Assembly: GCA_021741645.1 (NCBI GenBank)
Contig: JAIOXK010000001.1
Span: forward strand, 27,656 to 91,655
Origin: Candidatus Nanopelagicales bacterium
Lineage (GTDB): Bacteria > Actinomycetota > Actinomycetes > S36-B12
DNA: 64,000 nucleotides
Reading direction: 5' to 3'
The notes under the pieces were generated by a model, which worked only from the letters and a program-made list of their open reading frames with translations, was not told the origin of the DNA and did no database searches. How positions within the stretch are numbered: position 1 is the first letter of the stretch; every line of letters begins with the position of its first letter. The translations under genes and the position numbers were made by a program. Below are positions 36,546 to 47,177 of the stretch, in pieces.

Positions 36546-36990
36546 CGACTAGGTCCGCGGGTGACAGTCCGATGTCCAGGCCTCGGCGCCCGCCGCTGAC
36601 GTACACGATCTCCATCACCTCGGCTGAACTGTCGATGAAGGTGGGCAGCGCGCGCCGCTGGCCGATGGGGGAGATGCCACCGACGACGTAGCCGGTCATT
36701 CGTTCGGCGACGACGGGATCGGTCATCTGCGCCCGGCGCCCCCTGGCGGCAGCAGCGAGGGCCTTGAGATTCAGCGATCCGGAGACGGGCACGATGGCAA
36801 CGGTCGGTCGACCGTCCACATCGGCCAGCAGCGTCTTGAACACCTGAGCCGGGTCGAGTCCGAGGGCCTCGGCGGCCTCGCTGCCGAAGGAGGCGGCCCG
36901 CGGGTCGTGGTCGTACTCGTGGGCGCTGAAGTCAACGCAGGCGCGAGTCAAGGCGAGGGTTGCCGGCGTGCCTGCTGCCTGACGGGCCAT
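36502..36990 (-). CDS. ybaK: Cys-tRNA(Pro)/Cys-tRNA(Cys) deacylase YbaK
   Basis: 162 aa with FKTLL...AIVPVSGSLNLKALA and GYVVGGISPIGQRR, typical of YbaK/EbsC. Confidence 0.85.
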   Translation of the reverse strand: MARQAAGTPATLALTRACVDFSAHEYDHDPRAASFGSEAAEALGLDPAQVFKTLLADVDGRPTVAIVPVSGSLNLKALAAAARGRRAQMTDPVVAERMTGYVVGGISPIGQRRALPTFIDSSAEVMEIVYVSGGRRGLDIGLSPADLVAMTKATFAPIGRET

Positions 36991-37001
36991 GGCGTGCGTG
37001 C

Positions 37002-37748
37002 TCAGTTCACCGAGGGCGTTGCGCCGGGAATATCCAGTGATGGAACGGCCGACAGTTCGGAGATGAGCACCGTCTCTCGGCTGAGCATTCCCCGGGCGAT
37101 GGTGAGACGGGCGGCAGTGGAATCCGCAGACAGCAACTGCTGCCGCTCTTGCTGCGGCACGACCATCGCGGCAGTCACGAGGTATGAGAGGACGGTCGGA
37201 TCGTGGGGAATCTCATCCTCGCCGACGGTGGCCTGCACCTGGCCGCCCAGAGCGCTGCGGTACTCGCGGAACCGCGCGGCGACCTGATCTGCCAGGAGGG
37301 CGTCTGATTCCGACGTGGCCTCGGCGAGGAACTCCACCTGAGCGCGCAGCAGGGGCGCTGGTGACGAGAGTCCCGCGTCGTGGTCAGGGTCCGCAGCGGT
37401 GACGTCCCCTGAGTGCGCTCCGGCTGGGCCCATCGGTACCGGCTCGACGCTGATGAGGCGAAAGCGTCGGTGGCCGGTCGTGACGATCTCGAAGCCACCG
37501 TCCTCGAGCTCCTCAGCCTGCCGCAGCAGGGCGCTCACGCCGACGCCGTAGAGCGCATCAGTTCCCTCCCTCAGGGGGTCGCGTCCCTCGCGGATGGCAA
37601 TGACGCCGAATTCCCGTGCCTCATCTCGCGGCTCGTCCAGAAGTTCTCGCACCATGGCCCGATAGCGCGGTTCGAAGATGTTGAGGGGCAGCACGAGGCC
37701 GGGGACCAGCGGCGTGTTCAACGGGAACAGCGGAAGCGGCTCGGGCAT
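37002..37748 (-). CDS. LON peptidase N-terminal (substrate-binding) domain protein
   Basis: 248 aa starting LPLFPLNTPLVPGLVLPLNIFEPRYRAMV, the LON-N signature. No ATPase or protease domain is present. Confidence 0.8.
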   Translation of the reverse strand: MPEPLPLFPLNTPLVPGLVLPLNIFEPRYRAMVRELLDEPRDEAREFGVIAIREGRDPLREGTDALYGVGVSALLRQAEELEDGGFEIVTTGHRRFRLISVEPVPMGPAGAHSGDVTAADPDHDAGLSSPAPLLRAQVEFLAEATSESDALLADQVAARFREYRSALGGQVQATVGEDEIPHDPTVLSYLVTAAMVVPQQERQQLLSADSTAARLTIARGMLSRETVLISELSAVPSLDIPGATPSVN

Positions 37749-37770
37749 CTCAGCAGCGTAAGGTAAGAGG

Positions 37771-39123
37771 GTGATTCAGCGCATCGACCTCCGTGGTTCG
37801 CACGTGGACCCCCGTGCGGTAGTGCCCCGCGCCGCGATGGACGTGGCCGACGCAGGCGAGCGCATCCGTCCGATCATCGCCGACGTGCGCTCGGAGGGTG
37901 CCGAGGCCGTACTGCGGTGGTCGGAGAAGCTCGACGGGGTGCGCCCGCCCAGCCTTCGCGTTCCGCGTGAGCTGCTCCAGGAGCAGGCCGATGCACTCGA
38001 TCCAACGGTCCGAGCGGCGCTGCTGGAGTCGATCGATCGCGCTCGGCGCGTGCACGCCGATCAACGGCGCGCCGACACCACGACAGTGGTGGTCCCCGGT
38101 GGGACCGTGACCGAGCGCTGGCTTCCGGTGGATCGCGTGGGCCTGTACGTCCCCGGCGGACGCGCCGTCTATCCCAGCAGCGTGATCATGAACGTGGTCC
38201 CGGCGCAGACGGCCGGCGTCGCATCCCTGGCCGTGGTGTCGCCCCCTCAGCGGGACTTCGGGGGTTGGCCGCACCCCACGATCCTCGCGGCCTGTGCCCT
38301 GCTCGGCGTCGATGAGGTGTACGCGGTGGGCGGCGCCCAGGCGGTCGCGATGCTCGCGTTCGGAGTCGACCTGCCGGATGGCGAGTCCTGCGCCCCCGTC
38401 GATCTCGTCACGGGTCCGGGCAATATCTACGTGACCGCCGCCAAGCGTGCACTCCAGGGCGTCATCGGCATCGACTCCGAGGCCGGCCCGACCGAGGTGA
38501 TGATCCTTGCCGATGGCACCGCGGATCCGGCCCACGTTGCTGCCGATCTGATCAGCCAGGCCGAGCATGACGTTCTTGCTGCAGCTGTCCTCGTCACTGA
38601 CGATGTGGCGTTGGCCGATGCCGTGGATGAGGCCGTCCAGACGCAACTGGCCACCACGAAGCACGTCGACCGCATCCGTGAGTCACTGACCGGCACCCAG
38701 AGTGCGATCGTCCTGGTCGACGACCTGGAGGCAGGCCTGCGCGTGGTGGACGCCTATGCGGCTGAGCACCTGGAGATCCAGACCCGCGATGCGCGCGAGT
38801 GGGCCATGCGGGTCCGCAACGCCGGTGCCATCTTCGTGGGCGCCTATGCACCGGTCTCGCTCGGTGACTATGCCGCAGGGTCAAACCACGTACTTCCCAC
38901 TGCGGGCTCGGCGCGGCACTCGTCGGGACTGTCCGTTCACTCGTTCCTGCGAGCCGTGCAGGTGATCGACTATGACGCCAACGCCCTGCGCGATGTGGCC
39001 CCTCACGTGCTCGCCCTGTCGGCAGCCGAGGACCTCCCCGCGCACGGCCAGGCGATCTCGGTGCGCTTCGACGACTCCGTCGTCACACCTGACTCGAGCC
39101 ATCGGCCGGAGGGCAACGCGTGA
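37771..39123 (+). CDS. hisD: histidinol dehydrogenase
   Basis: 450 aa with [19 protein letters not shown] and AGSNHVLPT motifs. Confidence 0.95.
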   Translation: MIQRIDLRGSHVDPRAVVPRAAMDVADAGERIRPIIADVRSEGAEAVLRWSEKLDGVRPPSLRVPRELLQEQADALDPTVRAALLESIDRARRVHADQRRADTTTVVVPGGTVTERWLPVDRVGLYVPGGRAVYPSSVIMNVVPAQTAGVASLAVVSPPQRDFGGWPHPTILAACALLGVDEVYAVGGAQAVAMLAFGVDLPDGESCAPVDLVTGPGNIYVTAAKRALQGVIGIDSEAGPTEVMILADGTADPAHVAADLISQAEHDVLAAAVLVTDDVALADAVDEAVQTQLATTKHVDRIRESLTGTQSAIVLVDDLEAGLRVVDAYAAEHLEIQTRDAREWAMRVRNAGAIFVGAYAPVSLGDYAAGSNHVLPTAGSARHSSGLSVHSFLRAVQVIDYDANALRDVAPHVLALSAAEDLPAHGQAISVRFDDSVVTPDSSHRPEGNA

Positions 39124-40244
39124 GTTCGGACTTCACGCTGCCGATCCGGGACGATCTGGTGGGGCAGGAGTCCTACGGCGCGCCTCAACTTCAGGTAGCC
39201 GCTGCCCTGAACGTCAACGAGAACCCCTTCCCGCTGCCGGCAGAACTCGCTGAGGCCATCGGCCGGGCGGTGGCCACGGCGGCGGTGAGCCTGAACCGGT
39301 ACCCGGAGCGCGATGCTGTCGAACTCCGACGGGCGCTGGCGGACTATGTGGCCGAGGAGTCGGGCGTCAAGGTAGACGTTGATCAGGTGTGGGCTGCCAA
39401 CGGCTCCAACGAGGTGATGCACCAGATCTTCCTCGCCTTCGGAGGGCCGGGTCGACTGGCCATCACCTTCGACCCGACGTACTCGATGTATCCCGAGTAC
39501 GCGCGGGACACCTTCACCACGTACGAGACCTTTCCGCGCGACGAGAACTTCGGTGTGGACGTTGCGGCAGCCGTGGCGGCGGTCGAGGCTCGTCGGCCGA
39601 CGATCGTCATCCTCACTTCGCCGAACAACCCCACGGGCACCCGGCTCGAGCTCTCCGACATCGAGGTCATCGCGCGATCAGCGCGCGACGCCGGTGCGGT
39701 CGTGGTGGTGGACGAGGCCTATGCGGAGTTCCGCCATGATGGGGTGCAGTCGGCCATGACCCTGTTCGCCGACCATCCCAACCTCATCGTCTCCCGCACG
39801 ATGTCGAAGGCATTCGCCCTGGCGGGGGCCAGGCTGGGGTATGCGATCGCGGCCGATCCCGCGGTGGTCTCCACGCTGATGGTCGTGCGGCTTCCGTACC
39901 ACCTGTCTGCGGTGACTCAGGCGGTCGCCATCACCGCCTTGCAGCATGCTGACGTCCTGCAGGCGCAGGTGGCACTGCTGCGGCAGGAGCGAGATGCGCT
40001 TGCACAGTGGCTGGGCGAACAGGGGCTCACGGTGGCCCCCAGCGATGCGAACTTCCTGCTCTTCGGCACTTTCGAGGATCGGGACGCGGTGTGGCAGGGG
40101 TTGTTGGATCGCGGCGTGCTCATCCGCCAGACGGGGCCCCAGGGATGGCTCCGTGTGACCGTCGGGACTCCTGAGGAGAACGGTATGTTCAGGACTGCCC
40201 TGCTGCAGGTGCTGGGCGAGACGACGAAGGATGTTGACGCATGA
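39120..40244 (+). CDS. hisC: histidinol-phosphate aminotransferase
   Basis: 374 aa with [17 protein letters not shown] and [16 protein letters not shown] (PLP lysine). There is a GTGA overlap with hisD. Confidence 0.95.
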   Translation: MSSDFTLPIRDDLVGQESYGAPQLQVAAALNVNENPFPLPAELAEAIGRAVATAAVSLNRYPERDAVELRRALADYVAEESGVKVDVDQVWAANGSNEVMHQIFLAFGGPGRLAITFDPTYSMYPEYARDTFTTYETFPRDENFGVDVAAAVAAVEARRPTIVILTSPNNPTGTRLELSDIEVIARSARDAGAVVVVDEAYAEFRHDGVQSAMTLFADHPNLIVSRTMSKAFALAGARLGYAIAADPAVVSTLMVVRLPYHLSAVTQAVAITALQHADVLQAQVALLRQERDALAQWLGEQGLTVAPSDANFLLFGTFEDRDAVWQGLLDRGVLIRQTGPQGWLRVTVGTPEENGMFRTALLQVLGETTKDVDA

Positions 40245-40843
40245 GTCGCACTGCTCGGGTGGACCGCAGCACGAAGGAGAGCACTGTGCTCGTCGAGTTG
40301 GAGCTCGACGGCACGGGGCAGAACTCGGTCGACACCGGGGTGCCGTTCTTCGATCACATGCTCGCCCAGCTCGCCAAGCATGGCGGCCTGGACCTCGTGG
40401 TGCAGACCCGAGGCGATCTCGAGGTCGACGCCCACCACACCGTGGAAGACACGTCCTTGGCGGTGGGGCAGGCGCTGAATGAGGCGCTCGGTGATCGAGC
40501 TGGCCTGCGTCGATACGGCGACGCGCTCGTCCCCCTGGACGAGTGCCTGGTGCAGTCGGCCGTGGATCTGTCCGGGCGCCCCTACCTCGTGCATGAGGAG
40601 CCTGAACTGGTTGAGCTCATTGGCAGCTATGACACGACCCTCACCCGGCACATCTGGGAATCCATCGTCGCGACCGCACAGATCACACTGCATGTGCGCG
40701 TGCTCTCCGGGCGCAACGCCCACCACGTCGTCGAGGCGCAGTTCAAGTCCGTCGCACGGTCACTGCGTGATGCCGTGATGCTCGATCCGCGGGTGGTGGG
40801 AGTCCCGTCGACCAAGGGCACTCTCACGCCGAACGCACAATGA
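40241..40843 (+). CDS. hisB: imidazoleglycerol-phosphate dehydratase
   Basis: 200 aa with [15 protein letters not shown] and [13 protein letters not shown] motifs. Confidence 0.95.
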   Translation: MSRTARVDRSTKESTVLVELELDGTGQNSVDTGVPFFDHMLAQLAKHGGLDLVVQTRGDLEVDAHHTVEDTSLAVGQALNEALGDRAGLRRYGDALVPLDECLVQSAVDLSGRPYLVHEEPELVELIGSYDTTLTRHIWESIVATAQITLHVRVLSGRNAHHVVEAQFKSVARSLRDAVMLDPRVVGVPSTKGTLTPNAQ

Positions 40844-41472
40844 CGTCAGTCGTCGTACTCGACTACGGATCAGGCAATCTCCGTTCCGCGCAGCGCGCAC
40901 TCGAGCGAGTCGGTGCCGAGGTCGTCGTCACGAGCGACATCGACGCGGCCGTCGAGTGCGACGGCCTGGTCGTCCCCGGTGTCGGCGCTTTCGCGGCGTG
41001 CATGGCCGGCATCCGTTCCGTACGCGGAGATGTGATCGTCGACCGGCGACTCGCAGGAGGGCGCCCGGTCCTAGGCATCTGCGTGGGGATGCAGGTCATG
41101 TTCGAGCTCGGTGTCGAGCATGGTGTGCAGGCGGCTGGCCTCGGCCAGTGGCCAGGCACGGTGGAGCGCCTTCACGCCGAGGTGCTGCCTCACATGGGCT
41201 GGAATTCGGTGCAGGTTCCGGCGGGATCCTCCGTGTTCCGGGGAGTGGAGGACGAGCGCTTCTACTTCGTGCATTCGTATGGGGTTCGACAGTGGCAGTT
41301 CACTCCGTCAGACCCGCACATCGCGGAGCCTCTCGTCACGTGGACGACCCACGGTGAGAACTTCGTCTCGGCCGTCGAGAACGGCCCCCTGACCGCAACG
41401 CAGTTCCACCCGGAGAAGTCAGGGGATGCGGGCGCCGAGGTGCTCCGCAACTGGGTGGCGACACTCGCCTGA
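40840..41472 (+). CDS. hisH: imidazole glycerol phosphate synthase, glutaminase subunit
   Basis: 210 aa with [16 protein letters not shown] (catalytic Cys) and HSY motifs. Confidence 0.95.
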   Translation: MTSVVVLDYGSGNLRSAQRALERVGAEVVVTSDIDAAVECDGLVVPGVGAFAACMAGIRSVRGDVIVDRRLAGGRPVLGICVGMQVMFELGVEHGVQAAGLGQWPGTVERLHAEVLPHMGWNSVQVPAGSSVFRGVEDERFYFVHSYGVRQWQFTPSDPHIAEPLVTWTTHGENFVSAVENGPLTATQFHPEKSGDAGAEVLRNWVATLA

Positions 41473-41497
41473 TCAGGGCGGCCCCTAGGGTGGTCTC

Positions 41498-42274
41498 GTG
41501 AGCACTCCAGCGCCCCTCGTCCTTCTTCCCGCCGTCGATGTCGCCGACGGGCAGGCCGTCCGACTCGTGCAGGGAAAGGCCGGCACTGAGTCGCACTACG
41601 GTTCTCCGGTCGAGGCAGCCCGATCGTGGGTCGAGCAGGGGGCCGAGTGGATCCACCTCGTCGATCTCGACGCCGCCTTCGGTCGCGGCAGCAACGCTGA
41701 GTTGCTTGCCAGCGTGGTGCACGAGGTGCGCGGCTCCGTGAAGGTCGAACTGTCCGGGGGCATCCGCGACGACGAGTCCCTCGCCCGCGCCCTTGCTACG
41801 GGGTGCGAGCGCGTGAACCTCGGCACCGCCGCGCTGGAGGATCCGGACTGGACGGCCAAGGTCATCTCCGAGCACGGTCACCGGATCGCCGTCGGGCTGG
41901 ATGTTCGCGGCCACACCCTCGCCGCCCGCGGTTGGACCGAGGAGGGCGGCGACCTCTGGGAGACGCTCGGACGCCTCGATGCGGCGGGCTGCGCGCGATA
42001 CGTCGTCACGGACGTCGCCAAGGACGGAACGATGCATGGGCCGAATCTGCATCTGCTCAAGGAGGTGTGCCGCGCCACCGATCGCCCGGTCATCGCCTCG
42101 GGAGGGATCTCCAAGCTGGAGGACCTCCACAAGCTCTCTGACATGGTGCCGGACGGAATCGAGGGAGCCATCGTGGGGCGCGCCCTCTATGACGGTGCGT
42201 TCACTCTCGCCGAGGCGATCGCCGCGGTCGAGGCGCGTTACGACCCCTACGAGTGGGGACCTGCGCGACCGTGA
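41498..42274 (+). CDS. priA: ProFAR isomerase, likely the bifunctional HisA/TrpF (PriA) type of Actinobacteria
   Basis: 258 aa with [18 protein letters not shown] and ASGGIS motifs. No trpF is present in the adjacent trp cluster. Confidence 0.9.
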   Translation: MSTPAPLVLLPAVDVADGQAVRLVQGKAGTESHYGSPVEAARSWVEQGAEWIHLVDLDAAFGRGSNAELLASVVHEVRGSVKVELSGGIRDDESLARALATGCERVNLGTAALEDPDWTAKVISEHGHRIAVGLDVRGHTLAARGWTEEGGDLWETLGRLDAAGCARYVVTDVAKDGTMHGPNLHLLKEVCRATDRPVIASGGISKLEDLHKLSDMVPDGIEGAIVGRALYDGAFTLAEAIAAVEARYDPYEWGPARP

Positions 42275-43050
42275 GCCTGGCCATCCGGGTGATCCCCTGC
42301 CTGGACGTCGATGCGGGGCGGGTCGTCAAGGGCATCAACTTCGTCGAGCTCCGCGATGCGGGCGATCCGGTCGAACTGGCCACCGCATACGGGCACGCCG
42401 GTGCCGATGAGCTGGTGTTCCTCGACATCACCGCATCGAGTTCCGATCGGGCGACGACGTACGACGTCGTCTCCCGCACTGCTGAGACAGTCTTCATCCC
42501 GCTGACGGTCGGCGGCGGTGTTCGAGTGGTCGACGACTTCGATCGCCTGCTCCGCGCTGGAGCCGACAAGGTCAGTGTCAACACGGCCGCAATAAACGAT
42601 CCCACGCTTCTCAGCGACGCCGCGGAGAGGTTCGGTGCCCAGTGCGTCGTCCTGAGCGTTGATGCCCGTCGTTGCCCGGAGGGAGTCACCACAGCAAGCG
42701 GATTCGAGGTGACCACGCATGGCGGCAGGCGCAGCACGGGGATCGACGCAGTCGAGTGGGCGATCTCGGGAGCCCGGCTCGGGGCCGGTGAGATTCTGCT
42801 GAACTCCATGGACGCCGATGGCACCGAGGCGGGCTACGACATCGAGCTGATCGAACTGGTTCGGCGGGAGGTCTCGGTACCGCTCATCGCCAGCGGCGGG
42901 GCGGGTCGGATCGGTCACTTCGCCCCGGCTGTGGCGGCAGGAGCCGATGCGGTCCTGGCCGCGAGCGTGTTCCACTTCGGCACGCTGGCCATCTCGGAGG
43001 TCAAGGATGAACTTGCCGAGGCCGGCTATCCGGTGCGTCGCGGCACCTGA
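42271..43050 (+). CDS. hisF: imidazole glycerol phosphate synthase, cyclase subunit
   Basis: ORF 42253..43050 trimmed to GTG 42271 (GTGA overlap). Motifs [15 protein letters not shown] and ASGGAG. Confidence 0.95.
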   Translation: MSLAIRVIPCLDVDAGRVVKGINFVELRDAGDPVELATAYGHAGADELVFLDITASSSDRATTYDVVSRTAETVFIPLTVGGGVRVVDDFDRLLRAGADKVSVNTAAINDPTLLSDAAERFGAQCVVLSVDARRCPEGVTTASGFEVTTHGGRRSTGIDAVEWAISGARLGAGEILLNSMDADGTEAGYDIELIELVRREVSVPLIASGGAGRIGHFAPAVAAGADAVLAASVFHFGTLAISEVKDELAEAGYPVRRGT

Positions 43051-43068
43051 GTCCGCTCAGGTTCGGCT

Positions 43069-43710
43069 TCAGATCCCGAGGGACGCTGACTCGAAGGCGG
43101 CCACGGCCTCGGGCGATCCGATGACGTCCACGTTGACGGCCTTCCGGCCGTATGCGCGGAGCATCAGTTCTCCGGCCGGGCCGCGGAGCGTGACCCCCTC
43201 CGGACCCTTGCGCACGGTGATCGAGCCGCCGGCGCCATCGGTACGCTCGAGCGTCACGGCCACCGGCACCCGGCGAAAGAGCAGCGAGCCCATCTTTCGC
43301 AGGCGACCCCACAGGGCATCCGCGAGCTCCGGTGGCAGGTCGCGCATCTGCCACCCCGGTGCGCCTCGGCGGACATCCTCATGGTGCACGAAGTACTCAA
43401 GGAGATTTGCTGCCCCGTCCATGCCGGGCAGGGAGAAGACGGACAGCGTCGGCGGTCCGGTCCGCACCTTGCGCACGAGTTCGGGGTAGGGCTGTGAGGC
43501 GACGGAGTCCTGCACCCGCTTCGTCCACCCGGCCAAGGGGCCAACGACGATTCCCGGTGCGGCATCGGGGCGAGACTCGCGAACGACCAGGTGCGCAGCG
43601 AGATCGGTCGTCGTCCAGCCCTCGCACAGCGTCGGTGCATCGGGGCCCACGACGAGGAGGAGCTCAGCCAGCTCGTGTCGTTCCCGCTGGGCTTGCTGTG
43701 AGGCGCTCAT
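43069..43710 (-). CDS. TIGR03085-like / mycothiol-dependent maleylpyruvate-isomerase-N (DinB-fold) metal-binding protein
   Basis: ORF 43069..43728 with probable ATG 43710. The N-terminus [36 protein letters not shown] matches this family as I recall it. Confidence 0.65.
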   Translation of the reverse strand: MSASQQAQRERHELAELLLVVGPDAPTLCEGWTTTDLAAHLVVRESRPDAAPGIVVGPLAGWTKRVQDSVASQPYPELVRKVRTGPPTLSVFSLPGMDGAANLLEYFVHHEDVRRGAPGWQMRDLPPELADALWGRLRKMGSLLFRRVPVAVTLERTDGAGGSITVRKGPEGVTLRGPAGELMLRAYGRKAVNVDVIGSPEAVAAFESASLGI

Positions 43711-43743
43711 GGGCTGACTGTGGCACACAGGCAGAATGGATGC

Positions 43744-44118
43744 ATGTCTCCGGACCAGATCGATGACCTCCTCGCGCGCGTGCGCATGAATGCAGACGGG
43801 CTCGTTCCCGCCATCGCCCAGCAGTGGGACACCCGCGAGGTCCTCATGATGGCGTGGATGGACGCGTCAGCCCTGCGCGAGACGCTCGAGACCGGCCGAG
43901 GTGTGTACTTCAGTCGAAGCCGTGGAGAGCGCTGGGTCAAGGGCGAGACCTCCGGGAATGTGCAGTCCGTCCGTGAGGTTCGACTCGACTGCGACGGCGA
44001 CACGGTGCTGCTTCTCGTCGACCAGACGGGTGGCGCCTGCCACACCGGCGATCGCACCTGCTTCGACGCCGTGGGGGAGCAGTTGAGCCCGTCTGCGACT
44101 GGTGGGCCGACGTCGTGA
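43744..44118 (+). CDS. hisI: phosphoribosyl-AMP cyclohydrolase
   Basis: ORF 43720..44118 with ATG 43744 preferred. Motifs [20 protein letters not shown] and [20 protein letters not shown]. Confidence 0.9.
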   Translation: MSPDQIDDLLARVRMNADGLVPAIAQQWDTREVLMMAWMDASALRETLETGRGVYFSRSRGERWVKGETSGNVQSVREVRLDCDGDTVLLLVDQTGGACHTGDRTCFDAVGEQLSPSATGGPTS

Positions 44119-45674
44119 CCGACTTCACCGGAGCCGTCGCCCCGGATCTCGCGACCTTCCGTGTCCTGGCCGAGGATCGACGCGTGATCCCGGTGGTGCG
44201 CCGGCTGCTCGCCGATGGTCTCACCGCCGTGGGGCTGTTCGAGGTGCTCTGCGGTGATCGAGCCGGCACCTTTCTGCTTGAGTCGGCGGAGCAGGGGCGC
44301 ATGTGGTCGCGGTACTCGTTTGTCGGCGTCCGGTGTGCCGCCATGCTCACCGAGAGCGAGGGGCAAGCCACCTGGGTGGGGCGTGCGCCTGCTGGCGTGC
44401 CACGCGAGGGTGCCGCCGTCGATGTGCTCCGGGAGACGATCGAAGTGCTGCGCACGCCTCCCCTCCCGGATCTGCCCCCGTTGACCGGGGGACTCGTGGG
44501 CTATCTGACCTACGACGCCGTGCGGGCCTGGGAGCGGGTTCCGGACGAGAACCCGGACACCCTCGACGTTCCCGACCTGGGCTTCCTGCTTGCTACCGAC
44601 TTGGCCGTGCTGGACCACGCGGACGGCTCGGTCCTGCTGATCGCCAATGCGATCAACTACGACGCGACCGACGAGCGGGTCGACGAGGCGTGGGCGGATG
44701 CCGTGAGCCGACTCGACCGCATGGAACGGCAGCTCGCATCGCCGGTGGAGCTCGGCGTGGCCACCTACGATCGCGCGGCGAGCATCGCCGTCGAGTCTGC
44801 AACTCCTGCGGCCGACTATCTGGCTCAGGTGGAGGTCGCCAAGGAGTACATCCGAGCCGGGGACGCGTTTCAGATCGTGCTGTCCCAGCGCTACACGGTG
44901 CCATGCAGCGCAACCGCCCGTGACGTGTACCGAGTACTGCGGGCCACCAACCCGAGCCCGTACATGTATCTCATCCGCGTGCCTGTCGTGCCGACGGACA
45001 ATCCAGCAGACGCGGACCTGCCCGACCGCACGGCCTTCGAGATCGTCGGCTCCTCACCGGAAGCGCTCGTGACCGTCCAGGGCGGTGACTGCGTGCTCCA
45101 TCCGATCGCCGGCACCCGCAAGCGTGGGGCGACGACGGAGGAGGACGTCGCCCTGGCTGAGGAGCTCAGTGCGGACGTCAAGGAGCGAGCGGAGCATGTG
45201 ATGCTCGTCGACCTTGCCCGCAATGATCTCGGTCGCGTGTGTCGCCCCGGCTCGGTTGCGGTCGTCGACTTCATGAGCGTGGAGCGCTACTCGCATGTCA
45301 TGCACCTGGTGTCCACGGTGACTGGTGAACTCGGTGAAGGGCACACGGCCTACGACGTCGTCGCCGCCACCTTCCCCGCGGGCACGCTGTCCGGTGCCCC
45401 CAAGCCGCGGGCCATGGCCATCATCGACGAGCTCGAGCCCTTGCGGCGCGGGCTGTACGGCGGATGTGTCGGCTACTTCGACTTCGCCGGCAACGTCGAC
45501 GCGGCAATTGCCATTCGAACCGCCCTGATCAAGGACGGCGCTGCCCACGTGCAGGCAGGCGCCGGCATCGTCGCTGACTCCGTTCCCCAGTCCGAGGCCG
45601 ATGAATGCGAGAACAAGGCCGCGGCGGTGCTGCGCGCGGTCGCTGCCGCGCAGACACTCACCGTCCAGGGATGA
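44115..45674 (+). CDS. trpE: anthranilate synthase component I
   Basis: 519 aa with LLES, SPEALV, GAPK and [11 protein letters not shown] motifs. There is a GTGA overlap with hisI. Confidence 0.95.
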   Translation: MTDFTGAVAPDLATFRVLAEDRRVIPVVRRLLADGLTAVGLFEVLCGDRAGTFLLESAEQGRMWSRYSFVGVRCAAMLTESEGQATWVGRAPAGVPREGAAVDVLRETIEVLRTPPLPDLPPLTGGLVGYLTYDAVRAWERVPDENPDTLDVPDLGFLLATDLAVLDHADGSVLLIANAINYDATDERVDEAWADAVSRLDRMERQLASPVELGVATYDRAASIAVESATPAADYLAQVEVAKEYIRAGDAFQIVLSQRYTVPCSATARDVYRVLRATNPSPYMYLIRVPVVPTDNPADADLPDRTAFEIVGSSPEALVTVQGGDCVLHPIAGTRKRGATTEEDVALAEELSADVKERAEHVMLVDLARNDLGRVCRPGSVAVVDFMSVERYSHVMHLVSTVTGELGEGHTAYDVVAATFPAGTLSGAPKPRAMAIIDELEPLRRGLYGGCVGYFDFAGNVDAAIAIRTALIKDGAAHVQAGAGIVADSVPQSEADECENKAAAVLRAVAAAQTLTVQG

Positions 45675-45678
45675 CGCC

Positions 45679-46080
45679 GTGAGCGGATCCGGTCGCCAGT
45701 ACGCCCTTGCGCTGGCCATGCTGACAGCCGGACTGATCTGCATCGTCGTAGGTCTCGGGCTGCCGTGGCTTGTGGTGGCGGTCGTGCTCGGAGTCGTCGC
45801 CACACGAGGACGGGGACGCATGGTGGTCGGCGTGCTCCTGGCCATCTTGGGTGTGGCGGCTGTCGTCGGCTCGCTCGTCGGTGGCATGTCGGCGGGTGCG
45901 GTCGCTGGCGCAGTCGGTGGCCTCTTGGTCATCTCCGGCGCCGGGTGGACGGTCATGCGGGGAGATCGCTGGCCCTCGATGGGGGCGCGCTACGAGCGCC
46001 AGCAGCGATCGGCCGGAACCAGGCGAAGCGCCTGGGAGGAATTGGATCAGGGCATCGATCCGACGGATCCGCGGGCCTGA
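45679..46080 (+). CDS. Trp-biosynthesis-associated membrane protein (TIGR02234-like)
   Basis: ORF 45601..46080 trimmed to GTG 45679, 5 nt after the trpE stop. 133 aa with four hydrophobic segments. The position after trpE is conserved in Actinobacteria. Confidence 0.6.
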   Translation: MSGSGRQYALALAMLTAGLICIVVGLGLPWLVVAVVLGVVATRGRGRMVVGVLLAILGVAAVVGSLVGGMSAGAVAGAVGGLLVISGAGWTVMRGDRWPSMGARYERQQRSAGTRRSAWEELDQGIDPTDPRA

Positions 46081-46141
46081 TTTCGACGAGCCCCGCACCC
46101 ATGAGTCCCTCTCGCCGCCGAGGGTCTGGTTGAATGCACGC

Positions 46142-46384
46142 ATGTCGCAGCAGCAGTCCTCTAGTGCCCAGGCCAACCAGACTCAGGCCCATCATGACGA
46201 TCACGGCTCGACGCCCGCAGCCTGGACGACCGTCGCGATCATCACCCTCGCCTTCATTCTCGGCACCATCGCGGTGATGGTGGCCAACTGGCCGCTGTTC
46301 TGGGCGAGTGCAGGTCTGGTCGTCGTCGGCGGAATCGTCGGCAAGGTGATGGCCAAGGCCGGTCTGGGCAAGCAGCCTCGCTAG
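46142..46384 (+). CDS. HGxxPAAW-family small membrane protein
   Basis: The 3' part of ORF 45770..46384 from ATG 46142: MSQQQSSSAQANQTQAHHDDHGSTPAAWTTVAIITLAFILG..., containing the literal HGSTPAAW motif and 2 TM segments. Confidence 0.6.
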   Translation: MSQQQSSSAQANQTQAHHDDHGSTPAAWTTVAIITLAFILGTIAVMVANWPLFWASAGLVVVGGIVGKVMAKAGLGKQPR

Positions 46385-46478
46385 ATAGGCCCCGGGGTTT
46401 ACCGGATCCTGACACAGTGCGCATGGCCTCCGAATCGACGCGCACTCCTCATCGCCGGTTCTCTGCCACTCTTGTCCT

Positions 46479-47177
46479 GTGACCCCTGAATCTGCTCGCG
46501 GCCTCGTACTCGTCGTCGAAGACGAGCGTGCCATCTCCGACCTCCTTCGCCTGTACATCTCCCGCGAGGGTTTCGGCGTGCACGTGGCTGCCGACGGTCA
46601 GTCGGCGCTTGCGGCCGCCCGCACGATGCATCCGGTCGCGATCATCCTCGATGTGGGCCTGCCGATCATGGACGGCACAGAGGTCTGCCGGCAGCTCCGG
46701 GCCGAGGGCAACTGGGTGCCCATCCTGTTCTGCACTGCCCGCGACGACGAAGTCGACCGTGTTCTGGGACTCGAACTCGGTGCCGATGACTACATCACCA
46801 AGCCCTTCAGTCCACGGGAGGTGGTGGCGCGGATCAAGTCAGTGGTCCGGCGCGCGTCCCTGATCGCTCCCGACGAGGCGCCGCTCGAGCTCGGTGCCGT
46901 CACCGTCGACCTCGTCACTCGACGGGTCACGGCAGACGGTGATCCCGTCGTCCTGACGGCCACGGAGTTCGATCTGCTCGCCCATCTGATGAGGCATCCC
47001 GGTCGCGTGTACAGCCGCGAGCAGCTGCTCTCCGAAGTGTGGGGCTACGCCGCCATGGTCGGTACGAGAACGGTCGATGTGCATGTGGCACAGGTGCGCG
47101 GCAAGCTCGGCGACCTCAGCCCCATTCGCACAGTGCGCGGTGTCGGCTATTCAGCCGAGGTCCCGGATAGCGCATGA
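46479..47177 (+). CDS. OmpR/PhoB-family response regulator
   Basis: 232 aa with a receiver domain (LVVEDE, IILDVGLPIMDG, DDYITKPF) and a winged-helix output domain (LTATEFDLLAHLM...RTVRGVGY). Confidence 0.9.
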   Translation: MTPESARGLVLVVEDERAISDLLRLYISREGFGVHVAADGQSALAAARTMHPVAIILDVGLPIMDGTEVCRQLRAEGNWVPILFCTARDDEVDRVLGLELGADDYITKPFSPREVVARIKSVVRRASLIAPDEAPLELGAVTVDLVTRRVTADGDPVVLTATEFDLLAHLMRHPGRVYSREQLLSEVWGYAAMVGTRTVDVHVAQVRGKLGDLSPIRTVRGVGYSAEVPDSA

